Assembly (NCBI GenBank): GCA_052389555.1
Contig: JBQTHV010000036.1
Location: 18,531 to 82,530, forward strand
Length of the DNA: 64,000 nucleotides
Direction of reading: 5' to 3'
Source: Gemmatimonadales bacterium
GTDB lineage: Bacteria; Gemmatimonadota; Gemmatimonadetes; Gemmatimonadales; GWC2-71-9
Under the pieces are notes generated by a model. That model was not told the origin of the DNA. It saw only the letters and a program-made list of their open reading frames with translations, and did no database searches. This document shows, one piece after another, positions 1 to 13,351 of this stretch. The translations under genes and the position numbers were made by a program. How positions within the stretch are numbered: the first letter of the stretch is position 1; each line of letters starts with the position of its first letter.

Positions 1-4628
<4,628 letters not shown>

Positions 4629-4675
4629 TTAGGTTTCTGCCCGGAAAGTTAGTTAACCCTCGGAGTTGAGCACGA

Positions 4676-4879
4676 ATGGCACGCATCTGCGCCGTCTGCG
4701 GTAAAGGCCCAACCGCGGGCAACCACGTGAGCCACGCGAACAACCGCGTGAAACGGCGCTGGTATCCTAACCTCCAGACCGTTCGTACCCTCGTGAACGG
4801 CCAGGTCCGCCGCATCCGGGTGTGTGCCCAGTGCATCCGCAGCAACCGGGTCGTCAAGGCTCCCGCAGCGGTCTCCTGA
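4676..4879 (+). CDS. rpmB: 50S ribosomal protein L28
   Basis: [34 protein letters not shown]... is a typical L28 sequence. Confidence 0.93.
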   Translation: MARICAVCGKGPTAGNHVSHANNRVKRRWYPNLQTVRTLVNGQVRRIRVCAQCIRSNRVVKAPAAVS

Positions 4880-4880
4880 A

Positions 4881-4909
4881 TGAAAAAACGGGGACCCATC
4901 GGGTCCCCG
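4881..4909 (-). terminator. intrinsic terminator after rplQ (the hairpin also lies 3' of convergent rpmB)
   Basis: The stem is cggggaccc / gggtccccg (9 bp, loop atc, 4889-4909). On the minus strand it is followed by TTTTTT (forward aaaaaa, 4883-4888). Confidence 0.8.
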
Positions 4910-4934
4910 CCTGAGCGCCACGGCGCCGGCTCTC

Positions 4935-5291
4935 TCATTCCGTGAGGAGCTCGATTCGCGCGAGCTCGGCTCCATCGCCGGCGCGATGGCCGAGCTTGAG
5001 AATCCGCAGGTAGCCGCCGGGGCGGGCCGCAAAGCGCGGGCCGATCTCCCTGAACAGCCGGCCCAGAACTTCGCGATCCTTGATTCGTCGCTCGACCAGG
5101 CGTCGGGCGTGGAGGTCGCCCCGGCGGGCGAGGGTGATCAAACGCTCCGCATACGGCCGGAGCTCTTTGGCTTTGGCCTGCGTGGTGACGATGCCGTCAT
5201 GACGGAACAGGCTCGCGGCCAGGTTCCGGAGCAACGCCTTCCGGTGGCTGGCGGTACGGGAAAGCTGGCGGCCCTTGGCGCGATGGCGCAT
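4935..5291 (-). CDS. rplQ: 50S ribosomal protein L17
   Basis: MRHRAKGRQLSRTASHRKALLRNLAASLFRHDGIVTTQAKAKELRPYAERLITLA is an L17 sequence, and the gene follows rpoA. Confidence 0.94.
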   Translation of the reverse strand: MRHRAKGRQLSRTASHRKALLRNLAASLFRHDGIVTTQAKAKELRPYAERLITLARRGDLHARRLVERRIKDREVLGRLFREIGPRFAARPGGYLRILKLGHRAGDGAELARIELLTE

Positions 5292-6376
5292 CAGCCCTCG
5301 CTTCCGGTCTCCGGCATCCTGGCGGTCTCCTCGCCTTCCGCGGGAGCAACCGATGTCTCGGCCCGAGCGTCCGGCCGGGCGACCACCAGGTCACCATCAA
5401 CTTCCTCGAACGCCATCCCGAAGCGGAGCCCTTCGCGCTGGAGCAGATCGGCGATTTCCTCGATGGCCCGCTCGCCCACGTTCTTCACCTGGTCGAGCTG
5501 GCGCTCGTCCAGCTCCACCAGATCGCGCAGGGTGCGGATGTTGGAGTTCTTGAGCGAGTTGAGCGTCCGGACCGACAATCCGAGGTCGTCGATCAGCTTC
5601 TCGAGCTTGAGCCGGAGCCCGCTGGTTACCTTGGTGCCTTCCGCCGGCGCGGGCCGGGCCTGCGGCACCCGGCCGAAGTCGATGAAGAACCGGAAGTGCT
5701 CGGTGGCCAGGGCGGCCGCGTACGCGATGGCGTCCTCCGGACTGATCGTGCCGTTGGTCTCCACCATCACCGCGAGACGGTCGTAGTCGGTGCGCTGCCC
5801 CACCCGGGTCTCGCTCACCGTGAAATTCGCCCGCCGCACCGGATTGTAGATCGCATCGATCCGGATCACGTCCACGGGAAGCGACCGGTCGGTCGGATGC
5901 AGCTCGGCCTCCACATAGCCGCGGCCCTTGTTGACGTACAGGTCGCAGGAGATGTCCCGCGAATCCTGCACGGTGAAGAGGAGATGATCCGGATTCACGA
6001 CCCGCACGCCGGCCGTCTCCTGAATATCCCGCGCGTGCACCGGTGCTTTCCCTTCCCGGCGGATGCGCAGAATGGCCTCGTCCTTGTCCTCATCGAGGAC
6101 CAGGGTCAGTGCCTTGAGCCGCTGGATGATCTGGTGCACGTCTTCCAGGATGCCGGGGACGGTCTGGTGCTCGTGAACCACGCCATCCATGCGGAAGGCC
6201 CAGACCGCCGAACCGCGGAGCGAGGACAGCAGCAACCGCCGGAGCGCGTTGCCCAACGTGTAGCCGTACCCGCGCTCCAGCGGCTGCAGCCGGAACTCGG
6301 CGATATTGGGATTCTCGTCCCGCTTGGTCATTTCGACCATGAAGGGACGAACCAGGCCGGTCATGTCGATAGTCAT
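5291..6376 (-). CDS. rpoA: DNA-directed RNA polymerase subunit alpha
   Basis: MTIDMTGLVRPFMVEMTKRDENPNIAEFRLQPLERGYGYTLGNALRRLLLSSL.... I chose ATG 6376, which lies 16 nt after the rpsD stop. The longer track ORF to 6433 would overlap rpsD. The protein has an acidic C-terminal extension of about 40 aa. Confidence 0.93.
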   Translation of the reverse strand: MTIDMTGLVRPFMVEMTKRDENPNIAEFRLQPLERGYGYTLGNALRRLLLSSLRGSAVWAFRMDGVVHEHQTVPGILEDVHQIIQRLKALTLVLDEDKDEAILRIRREGKAPVHARDIQETAGVRVVNPDHLLFTVQDSRDISCDLYVNKGRGYVEAELHPTDRSLPVDVIRIDAIYNPVRRANFTVSETRVGQRTDYDRLAVMVETNGTISPEDAIAYAAALATEHFRFFIDFGRVPQARPAPAEGTKVTSGLRLKLEKLIDDLGLSVRTLNSLKNSNIRTLRDLVELDERQLDQVKNVGERAIEEIADLLQREGLRFGMAFEEVDGDLVVARPDARAETSVAPAEGEETARMPETGSEG

Positions 6377-6392
6377 GCGGGTACCGTTCTGA

Positions 6393-7031
6393 TCACTTCG
6401 AGTAAAGCTCGACCACGAGCTGTTCCTGGGCATTCAGCGGAATCGTGTCGCGAGTCGGCACCATGGTGAGCCGGCCCGACGCCGTGTCGGTATCCACGTT
6501 GAGCCAGGAGATCGGCGCGCCCCGGGTCGCGCTCTCCAGCGCGAGCTTCACCGGAACCAGGTCGCGGCTTTCGGGGGCGATCCGGATTTCCTGGCCCGGC
6601 TTCACGCGGTAGGATGGGATATTCACGCGCTCACCGTTCACCTGCACATGGCCATGCCGCACCAGCTGGCGCGCCTGCTTGCGGCTGGTCGCGAAGTTCA
6701 TCCGATACACGACGTTGTCGAGCCGGGTTTCCAGCGCTACCAGCAGGTTGGTGCCCTTGACGCCAGGCTCCTGGGTCGCCCGGTCGAAGGTGTTGCGGAA
6801 CTGCCGCTCCGAAAGTCCGTAGATCCGCTTGACCTTCTGCTTCTCCCGGAGCTGGCGCGCATACTCGGAGAGCTTGCGTCCCCGTCCGCCGCTCGCTTGT
6901 CCGTGCTGCCCAGGGGCATAGGCGCGCCGCTCGACCGCACACTTCTCGGTGAGGCAGCGCGATCCCTTGAGGAACAGCTTCATCCCCTCGCGCCGGCAGA
7001 GCCGGCAAACCGGTCCGGTGTAGCGCGCCAT
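6393..7031 (-). CDS. rpsD: 30S ribosomal protein S4
   Basis: MARYTGPVCRLCRREGMKLFLKGSRCLTEKCAVERRAYAPGQHG... is an S4 sequence. Confidence 0.95.
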   Translation of the reverse strand: MARYTGPVCRLCRREGMKLFLKGSRCLTEKCAVERRAYAPGQHGQASGGRGRKLSEYARQLREKQKVKRIYGLSERQFRNTFDRATQEPGVKGTNLLVALETRLDNVVYRMNFATSRKQARQLVRHGHVQVNGERVNIPSYRVKPGQEIRIAPESRDLVPVKLALESATRGAPISWLNVDTDTASGRLTMVPTRDTIPLNAQEQLVVELYSK

Positions 7032-7034
7032 CGC

Positions 7035-7487
7035 TCAGACCCGCCGACGCTTGGGAGGACGGCACCCATTGTGGGGAATCGGGGTGACATCCTTGATGGA
7101 GAGAATCTTGAGTCCAACCGAGGCCAGGGCTTGGATGGCCGACTCGCGACCGCTCCCCGGTCCCTGAACCAGGACATGCAACCGCCGAACCCCGAGGTTC
7201 ATCGCCTCGCGCCCCACATTCTCGGCGGCGACGGTCGCAGCGAACGGCGTGCTCTTCTTGGAGCCCTTGAATCCGGCCTTCCCCGCCGTACCCCATGCGA
7301 TGGCATTGCCGCGCGTATCAGTGATGGTGATGAGCACGTTGTTGAACGTAGCCGAGATGTGGGCGATGCCTTCGGCTTCCACCACCTTGCGGCCCCGCTT
7401 GGCCTTGGCCGGAGCAGCGGGCGCCGGGGAAGGAGCCCCCGTCGGGGGAGTCGGCTCGGGCGAAACGGGTTCGGTTGGAGTCGTCAT
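7035..7487 (-). CDS. rpsK: 30S ribosomal protein S11 (with a ~30-aa Pro/Ala-rich N-terminal extension)
   Basis: ...[45 protein letters not shown]...[15 protein letters not shown]. Confidence 0.94.
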   Translation of the reverse strand: MTTPTEPVSPEPTPPTGAPSPAPAAPAKAKRGRKVVEAEGIAHISATFNNVLITITDTRGNAIAWGTAGKAGFKGSKKSTPFAATVAAENVGREAMNLGVRRLHVLVQGPGSGRESAIQALASVGLKILSIKDVTPIPHNGCRPPKRRRV

Positions 7488-7867
7488 TACTTCTTGGTCG
7501 CCTTCTTCTTGCCCGCGATGGCCCGGCGGGGGCCCCTCTTGGTGCGGGCGTTCGTGTGAGTGCGCTGGCCGCGGACCGGCAGGCCCTTCCGGTGACGGGA
7601 GCCCCGGTAGGTACCCACATCCATCAGCCGTTTGATGTTCATGGCCACCTCGGTGCGCAGGGCACCCTCCACCTTGACGCTCCGCTCGATCAATTGCCGG
7701 AGCCGCGCTACTTCGGCATCCGTGAGATCGCGAGTCCGGGTGTCCGGGTTGATCCCCGAATCCCCCAGCAACCGATTGCTGATGGGCCGGCCGATGCCGT
7801 AGATGTAGGTGAGAGCGATTTCGATGCGTTTGTCCCGCGGGAGATCAACGCCTGCAATACGCGCCAT
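7487..7867 (-). CDS. rpsM: 30S ribosomal protein S13
   Basis: [34 protein letters not shown]...[26 protein letters not shown]. Confidence 0.95.
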   Translation of the reverse strand: MARIAGVDLPRDKRIEIALTYIYGIGRPISNRLLGDSGINPDTRTRDLTDAEVARLRQLIERSVKVEGALRTEVAMNIKRLMDVGTYRGSRHRKGLPVRGQRTHTNARTKRGPRRAIAGKKKATKK

Positions 7868-7868
7868 A

Positions 7869-7985
7869 TCAACCCTGCCGCTGCTTGTGCTTGGGGTTGC
7901 GCTTGCAGATGACGCGAATCACCCCTTGGCGCTTGATCACCTTGCAGTGCTCGCAAATCGGCTTGACACTCGATCGAACCTTCAC
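7869..7985 (-). CDS. rpmJ: 50S ribosomal protein L36 (GTG start)
   Basis: My translation, too short for the ORF track: (V/M)[37 protein letters not shown]. It lies directly upstream of rpsM, as in the canonical cluster. Confidence 0.9.
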   Translation of the reverse strand: MKVRSSVKPICEHCKVIKRQGVIRVICKRNPKHKQRQG

Positions 7986-8072
7986 CGCGGATCTCCCGGA
8001 ATCCGGTTAACGGGCAGCTTGGCAATTTAACTGGGGGTATCGGCGGGGCGCAAGGGGCGCCGCTCCAACTAC

Positions 8073-8789
8073 TTAGGAGACCGCCGCAAGGAAGTCGTCC
8101 AGGGCCGTCGGAGGGTCTTTTGCGGTAAGGATCGGCCGGCCGACCACGAGGTGGCTCGCTCCGGCAAGGGCGGCTTCTCGAGGCCCGGCCACCCGGGCTT
8201 GATCGTTCACGTCATCCTGACGCCGGCGGATTCCCGGGACAACGATTAAAGCCTCGGGGCCAATAGCGCTCCGAACCCCTTGGATTTCGAGCGGGCTGCA
8301 CACTACCCCCGCGAGTCCAGCTGACATCGCGGACCGGGCGAGGTTCATCACTGCATCACCCACAGATTTCACAGATTTCACAGATTCTTCTTGATGGATA
8401 GTCATTTCATCTGGGTAATCTGTCGGCAATATCCTCGAGGTCGACGTCAGTACCGTAACGCCCACTACGGCAAGGGACGCTCCCCCCGCGCGCACCGCGG
8501 CCTGCATCATGTCGCGACCACCCACGGTGTGTACCGTCACCATCCGAACGCCGAGGCCTGCCGCCGCCTGCACGGCCCCTCGCACCGTGTTAGGAATGTC
8601 GTGCCATTTGAGATCGAGAAACACCGCAAGGCCACGCCCCACGAGCTCTCGGACCAGCCCGGGACCGCCGTCGGCCGCCGTCATGAGGATCGGGCCCAGT
8701 TTGACCCAGCGAAGGCGGGGCAACCGGTCGAGCAGCCGGAGCGCGTCGTCGCGGGTCGGCAAGTCCAGCGCCAGGATTACCTGAGCCAT
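8073..8789 (-). CDS. pyrF: orotidine 5'-phosphate decarboxylase
   Basis: MAQVILALDLP...VKLGP...FLDLKWHDIPNTV...VTVHTVGG...VVGRPI. I prefer ATG 8789 over the TTG at 8849 because homologs begin about 5-10 aa before ALD. Confidence 0.9.
   Translation of the reverse strand: MAQVILALDLPTRDDALRLLDRLPRLRWVKLGPILMTAADGGPGLVRELVGRGLAVFLDLKWHDIPNTVRGAVQAAAGLGVRMVTVHTVGGRDMMQAAVRAGGASLAVVGVTVLTSTSRILPTDYPDEMTIHQEESVKSVKSVGDAVMNLARSAMSAGLAGVVCSPLEIQGVRSAIGPEALIVVPGIRRRQDDVNDQARVAGPREAALAGASHLVVGRPILTAKDPPTALDDFLAAVS
8361..8424. repeat. tandem nonamer (CACAGATTT)x3 plus a partial inverted copy, inside pyrF
   Basis: cacagatttcacagatttcacagatt lies at 8361-8386 and aatctgtc at 8417-8424. The segment is locally AT-rich. 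It encodes ...EESVKSVKSVGD... in pyrF. Confidence 0.8.
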
Positions 8790-8845
8790 CGTCTCAAGGG
8801 GTCCGAGTACTTGAAAGAACGCGGTTTTCGGCCCTGAAAGGAACT

Positions 8846-9754
8846 TCAATTACTCTGGCCCCTGGAAACTCGCTCGAGGTCTCGCACGATGCGCTCGGGC
8901 AGCCGTGGGTGGGCGAGCTGCGCGGTCCCGATCGCGACCAGGTCGGCGCCGGCCCGGAGGTATTGCCGCACGTCGTCGGCACTTCGGATCCCCCCGACCC
9001 CGATGATCCCCACCTCGGGTAGCCGCTCCCGGATGAGCCGGACCGCTTGCACCCCGATGGGGAGCAACGCGGGCCCGCTCACTCCTCCCTGCCCGTAACC
9101 CAGCCGCGGCGACTCGGGCCCATACAGGAATCCCGGCAAGGTGTTCACGGCGGTGATTCCAGCCGCGCCGGCCTCGGCGGCGGCCTGGGCCACGGCGGCG
9201 AGCTCCGGCAGCCCGGGCGCGAGCTTGGCAATGAGGGGCCTGCGGGTTACGCTGCGGCAGGACGCCACGACCCGGTGGGTGAGCTCCGGCACCGTGCCGA
9301 ACTCGACGCCTCCGGCTTGCGTGTTAGGGCACGACAAGTTGAGCTCGTAGGCGGCAATCCCCTCGCAGGCCTCGAGCCCGGCGATCACCCGGGCGTATTC
9401 GCCTTCGGTAAACCCCACGATGTTGACGATGATGCGCGCCCGCGAGAGCTGCCGGGCGAACCAGGGAAGCTGGTCGGCTTTCACCCGGTCCAGGCCGGGA
9501 TTGGCCAGCCCGACCGCGTTGAGCATCCCGCCCGGGAATTCGGCAACCCGGGGCGCCGGATGTCCGGGTCGGGGAAGCAGCGAGACGGCCTTGGTGACAA
9601 TGCCCCCCAGGCGGTCGAGCGCCACCGTGTCGGCCAGCTCGGGTCCGAACCCGGCGGTTCCCGAGGCGAGCAGGATGGGATTCTGGAAGGACTGTCCGAA
9701 AACGGTGCGAGCGATCGGTTCCGAGTGAGCGGGCGCGGTCGGCGCGGGGCTCAC
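8846..9754 (-). CDS. pyrD: dihydroorotate dehydrogenase (class 1 catalytic subunit)
   Basis: FQNPILLASGTAGFG...GGIVTKAVS...NAVGLANPG...NLSCPN...GGVSGPAL...IGVGGI. Confidence 0.92.
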   Translation of the reverse strand: MSPAPTAPAHSEPIARTVFGQSFQNPILLASGTAGFGPELADTVALDRLGGIVTKAVSLLPRPGHPAPRVAEFPGGMLNAVGLANPGLDRVKADQLPWFARQLSRARIIVNIVGFTEGEYARVIAGLEACEGIAAYELNLSCPNTQAGGVEFGTVPELTHRVVASCRSVTRRPLIAKLAPGLPELAAVAQAAAEAGAAGITAVNTLPGFLYGPESPRLGYGQGGVSGPALLPIGVQAVRLIRERLPEVGIIGVGGIRSADDVRQYLRAGADLVAIGTAQLAHPRLPERIVRDLERVSRGQSN

Positions 9755-10971
9755 TAGCGGCCGGCTGCCTGGCCTGGACTGCTGGTGACCCGTCCCTCCC
9801 CGATCTTGCGTTCGTACTCCCGGAGGTACCCGATGATCGCGTCGGCGATGGACGCCGCGAGGTTGCGCCGGGAGGTCCTGGAGGAGAGGAGGCGAGCGTC
9901 CTGCGCATTGGTGGCGAAACCGGTTTCGATCAGGATCGCGGGCCGCCGAGCGGTCGCGAGCACCATGAACCCCGCCTGCTTGACACCCAGGTTGGGGCCG
10001 GTATGTGCTTCGATGAGGTAGGACTGCACCAGCTCCGCGGCGCGGGCCGATTCTCGCAGATACTCGTTGAGCTGGAGGTCCTTGAGAATGAATTCCAGCT
10101 GACTGAGCTCGGCGTCGCTCTCCGCTGCCTCGAAGCGGATCGCCTCGTTCTCCATTCGCGCCACTCGGGCCGCGTCTTCAGTCCTGGCTTCGGCCAGAAA
10201 ATAGGTCTCGAATCCGCGTACCCGCTCGGCGCCGGGCCGCGCCGGCATGGCGTTCACGTGGATACTCACGAACAGGTCGCAGTCGGCCCGGCAGTAGGGG
10301 CCGCGATCGCGGAGGGCGATCAGGGTATCCGAGTCGCGGGTCATGACGACCCGAACACCCTCGCGGCGCAGTTCCTCTCGCACCAACCGGGCAAGCGCCA
10401 GCGTGATGTCCTTCTCGTGGACGCCGCGAGGGAAATGACGACCGAGAGTGCCAGCGTCGGTACCGCCGTGACCGGCATCAATCGTCACGACATGCCCGGT
10501 GCGAAGGCCGTTCGGCAGCCGGTCATCCCCATTACTGGCCGGGCGGCCAACTCCTTTGGCGGCCTCAGGGCCATTGGAGACCGCAGCCACCGCTTGCCGG
10601 CCGTGATCCTGCAACCGGGCCTGGCCCGGATCGTAGCGGAACCGCGAGCCCAGCACCCGAGGCAAAACCTCGGCGAGGAACTGCAGCGGAACCTCCACCG
10701 TATCACGGCGAATCCAGGTAGAACCCGCCAGCGGCTCCACCCTGCCGTCCACCGCGAGGATCGGGGCGCCGGGATAGAGGCGGAAGGTTCGCCCGCTCAG
10801 GGTGACGTCGGCCCACCCGTCCCCCCGGGTTAGGCGCGCCTCCAGGGCGCGCACCAGATCGGGGGCGGCGAGGACCGGGCCAGCCACCGGATCGAGCCGA
10901 ACGGGGACCCGGGCCTCGCCTCGCTCGCTGTGGATAACCACAACGGTCGGGACCAGCAAGGCGAGGAGCAT
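9754..10971 (-). CDS. N-acetylmuramoyl-L-alanine amidase (Amidase_3 family)
   Basis: VVTIDAGHGGTDAG...DLFVSIHVNA...FETYFL...ARRPAILIETGF. The N-terminus is hydrophobic. The start overlaps the smpB stop. Confidence 0.88.
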   Translation of the reverse strand: MLLALLVPTVVVIHSERGEARVPVRLDPVAGPVLAAPDLVRALEARLTRGDGWADVTLSGRTFRLYPGAPILAVDGRVEPLAGSTWIRRDTVEVPLQFLAEVLPRVLGSRFRYDPGQARLQDHGRQAVAAVSNGPEAAKGVGRPASNGDDRLPNGLRTGHVVTIDAGHGGTDAGTLGRHFPRGVHEKDITLALARLVREELRREGVRVVMTRDSDTLIALRDRGPYCRADCDLFVSIHVNAMPARPGAERVRGFETYFLAEARTEDAARVARMENEAIRFEAAESDAELSQLEFILKDLQLNEYLRESARAAELVQSYLIEAHTGPNLGVKQAGFMVLATARRPAILIETGFATNAQDARLLSSRTSRRNLAASIADAIIGYLREYERKIGEGRVTSSPGQAAGR

Positions 10972-11456
10972 CAGCGTCTGCCTCCCTTCAGCGCGCGGGC
11001 CATTTCGCGATCAGCGATCCGGCGCCGGAGGGTTTCCCGGCGATCGTGAAGCTTCTTCCCCCGGCCAAGGGCGAGGGCAATCTTGGCGCGACCTCGGCGG
11101 AAATACACTTCGAGGGGAATCAGGGTCAGCCCCTCCCGCTCGACCCCACCGATCAGGCGCTCGATCTCACGGCGGTGCATGAGCAGTTTCCGCGGGCGAA
11201 CCGGCTCGGGATTCCAGCGGTTGCCCTGCTCGTACGGGGTGATGTGCATCCCTTCGAGCCACACCTCCCCGCCCCGCACGCGAGCATAGGCCTCCTTGAT
11301 CGAGGCTTTACCATTCCGCAGGCTCTTGACTTCGGTTCCGGTCAGCACGATCCCCGCTTCCCAGGTGTCGAGCAAGTGGTAGTCGTGCGAGGCCCGCGGA
11401 TTTCGTGCCACGGTGGTGCGATTCTGGGCGGTGGGCGTGCTGGGGTTTGCGCTCAT
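10971..11456 (-). CDS. smpB: SsrA-binding protein
   Basis: ARNPRASHDYHLLDTWEAGIVLTGTEVKSLR...LIPLEVYFRRGRAKIALALGRGKKLHDRRE. Confidence 0.94.
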   Translation of the reverse strand: MSANPSTPTAQNRTTVARNPRASHDYHLLDTWEAGIVLTGTEVKSLRNGKASIKEAYARVRGGEVWLEGMHITPYEQGNRWNPEPVRPRKLLMHRREIERLIGGVEREGLTLIPLEVYFRRGRAKIALALGRGKKLHDRRETLRRRIADREMARALKGGRR

Positions 11457-11550
11457 AAGTGCCGCGAGAACCGCAAGATAGGACTTCCCCTCACCCCCGG
11501 CAACGCGGTGCTTGCCGCACGATGCAACGGGGCACTACCTTTGGCCGCGC

Positions 11551-11634
11551 GCCGAAGTGGTGGAACTGGTAGACGCGCTGCGTTCAGGGCGCAGTGGGCG
11601 CAAGCCCGTGGGGGTTCGAGTCCCCCCTTCGGCA
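11551..11634 (+). tRNA. tRNA-Leu (anticodon CAG)
   Basis: Acceptor GCCGAAG/CTTCGGC, anticodon stem-loop ctgcg-TTCAGGG-cgcag, a long variable arm (tgggcgcaagcccgt) and T arm ggggg-ttcgagt-ccccc. No CCA is encoded. Confidence 0.9.
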
Positions 11635-11651
11635 CTCTTTTCCCTTTTCAC

Positions 11652-12785
11652 TCAGTATCTCGCCATCCCAGGGTCCACCTCCGCCGCCCACTGATCGATC
11701 CCACCTGCCAGACTGCGGGCCTTGAATCCCGCGCCTTGCAGGAGCTGCTGCGCCATGAGGGAGCGCTTGCCTTTGTGACACACCGTCACGATCTCCTCGT
11801 GGGGGCTCAACTCGGCCAGCCGGCCGGGGAGCTCACCGAGAGGCACCAGCCGGCTGCCCGGAATCCGGGCGATCTCCCACTCCCACGGCTCACGAACATC
11901 AAGCACCACCAACCCATTCCCCCCCTCCCCGGCCGCCGCGAGCTCAAGGGCGGTGATCTCGGCGCCGGCGGGGGCGGCGGAATCCGGCACGCCGCAGTAG
12001 GCCTCGTAATCGATCAGGCGGGTTAGCGTCGGCGCGTCACCGCACGCCGCACAGGCCGGGTCGCGGGAGACGGCGAGCTCACGAAACCTAACCCGCAGCG
12101 CGTCGATCAGCAGCAGCCGGCCGACCAGCGACTCGCCCGTCCCAAGGATCCATTTGATTGCCTCCAGGGCCTGGAGGCTGCCCACCACACCGGGCAGGAC
12201 GCCGAGCACACCGGCTTCGGCGCAATTCGGCACCAGATCGGGCGGCGGCGGCTCTGCGAAGAGACAGCGGTAACAGGGCCCGGCCCGGCCCGGCGCCGCG
12301 AATACCGACACCTGGCCGTCGAACCGAAAGATGCTGCCGTACACGTACGGCTTGCCGAGAAGAACCGACGCGTCGTTGACGAGATAGCGGGTCGGAAAGT
12401 TGTCGCTGCCGTCGATCGTGAGGTCGTACCGGCCCAGGAGGTCGAGCGCGTTGGCGGACCCCAGACGCACCGGGTGGAGCTCTACCCGGACCTGGGGGTT
12501 CAGGTCGAGGAGGCGCTCGCGCGCCGACTCGGTCTTGGGACGCCCGATGGCCCCGGTCCCGTGGAGGACCTGCCGCTGCAGGTTGCTCAGCTCCACGGCA
12601 TCGGCGTCCACGATGCCGAGCGTGCCGACCCCCGCAGCCGCCAGGTAAAGCGCCGCCGGAGATCCTAACCCGCCAGCCCCGACGATGAGCACCCGGGCCG
12701 CCGCCAGCCGCTCCTGGCCGGCCGGTCCCACCTCGGGAAGAATGAGGTGGCGGGCATAGCGTACCAGCTCGGCGGGTCCCAGCAC
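11652..12785 (-). CDS. moeB: molybdopterin-synthase/ThiS adenylyltransferase with C-terminal rhodanese domain (MoeB/MoeZ type)
   Basis: RYARHLILPEVG...VLIVGAGGLGSP...SNLQRQVLH...CYRC...CAAC, followed by a rhodanese domain with the active-site loop CHKGKRS. Confidence 0.88.
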   Translation of the reverse strand: MLGPAELVRYARHLILPEVGPAGQERLAAARVLIVGAGGLGSPAALYLAAAGVGTLGIVDADAVELSNLQRQVLHGTGAIGRPKTESARERLLDLNPQVRVELHPVRLGSANALDLLGRYDLTIDGSDNFPTRYLVNDASVLLGKPYVYGSIFRFDGQVSVFAAPGRAGPCYRCLFAEPPPPDLVPNCAEAGVLGVLPGVVGSLQALEAIKWILGTGESLVGRLLLIDALRVRFRELAVSRDPACAACGDAPTLTRLIDYEAYCGVPDSAAPAGAEITALELAAAGEGGNGLVVLDVREPWEWEIARIPGSRLVPLGELPGRLAELSPHEEIVTVCHKGKRSLMAQQLLQGAGFKARSLAGGIDQWAAEVDPGMARY

Positions 12786-12800
12786 GGACGGCGAAGCGCC

Positions 12801-13259
12801 CTAACGGGTCGGGGCAGTAGTGAGCGGGACGAAAACCGGTGCGGGGGGATGTTCCTTGACCAGGTCGGCCAGCGTAATGCCCGACAGAAAATCATCGATC
12901 CGGCGCTGGAGGGCGTACCAGACCGGCCGGATCGAGCAGCCATTGGCGGGGTCGCATCGCTCGGAATCGACCGGGTGGGCGGTGCAGTTGGGCTCGAAGG
13001 TTTGGTGCTCGCACGCTGCCATCACGTCGCGCACGGTGATCTGCGCCGGTTCCCGGGCCAGCAGGTAGCCACCGCGAGCCCCCCGGACACTCTCCACCAG
13101 CCCTCCCCGGCGGAGCCGCAGCAGGATCTGCTCGACGTAGTCGGGGGGAAGCCGCTCTTCTTCCGAAAGCTCGCGGGCGGCCACCGGCCCCTTCCCCCGG
13201 CGCCGGGCCAGGTGGAGCGCAAGGATGAGGCTGTACTCGGTCCAAGTCGTCACCCGCAT
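12801..13259 (-). CDS. Rrf2 family transcriptional regulator
   Basis: MRVTTWTEYSLILALHLARR...PPDYVEQILLRLRRGGLVESVRGARGGYLLAR plus a Cys-rich tail. The ATG at 13259 gives the usual N-terminus. Confidence 0.85.
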   Translation of the reverse strand: MRVTTWTEYSLILALHLARRRGKGPVAARELSEEERLPPDYVEQILLRLRRGGLVESVRGARGGYLLAREPAQITVRDVMAACEHQTFEPNCTAHPVDSERCDPANGCSIRPVWYALQRRIDDFLSGITLADLVKEHPPAPVFVPLTTAPTR

Positions 13260-13351
13260 GGGGGGAAATATCCTGCCGAAGGAGAGGGTGGACAAGCTCG
13301 GCCTCTCGGCGCTCGGCACCCGGGGTCGGCAGGCGGGTAGGGGGGTAGGTT

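Noticed and set aside
7986-8072. Missing infA upstream of rpmJ, suggesting a rearranged ribosomal cluster.
   Set aside because: The absence is real within this window (pyrF is the upstream neighbour), but infA is frequently located elsewhere. This is not informative without the rest of the genome.
8790-8849. A longer pyrF starting at TTG 8849 (TTGA overlap with the pyrD stop).
   Set aside because: The extra 20 residues (KFLSGPKTAFFQVLGPLET) have no counterpart in PyrF N-termini, and ATG 8789 gives the canonical M-x4-ALD start. This remains possible, with lower probability.
11457-11550. tmRNA (ssrA) might be expected next to smpB.
   Set aside because: The 94-nt spacer is too short and has no tRNA-like acceptor or tag-reading-frame features. 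The adjacent RNA gene is a normal tRNA-Leu.
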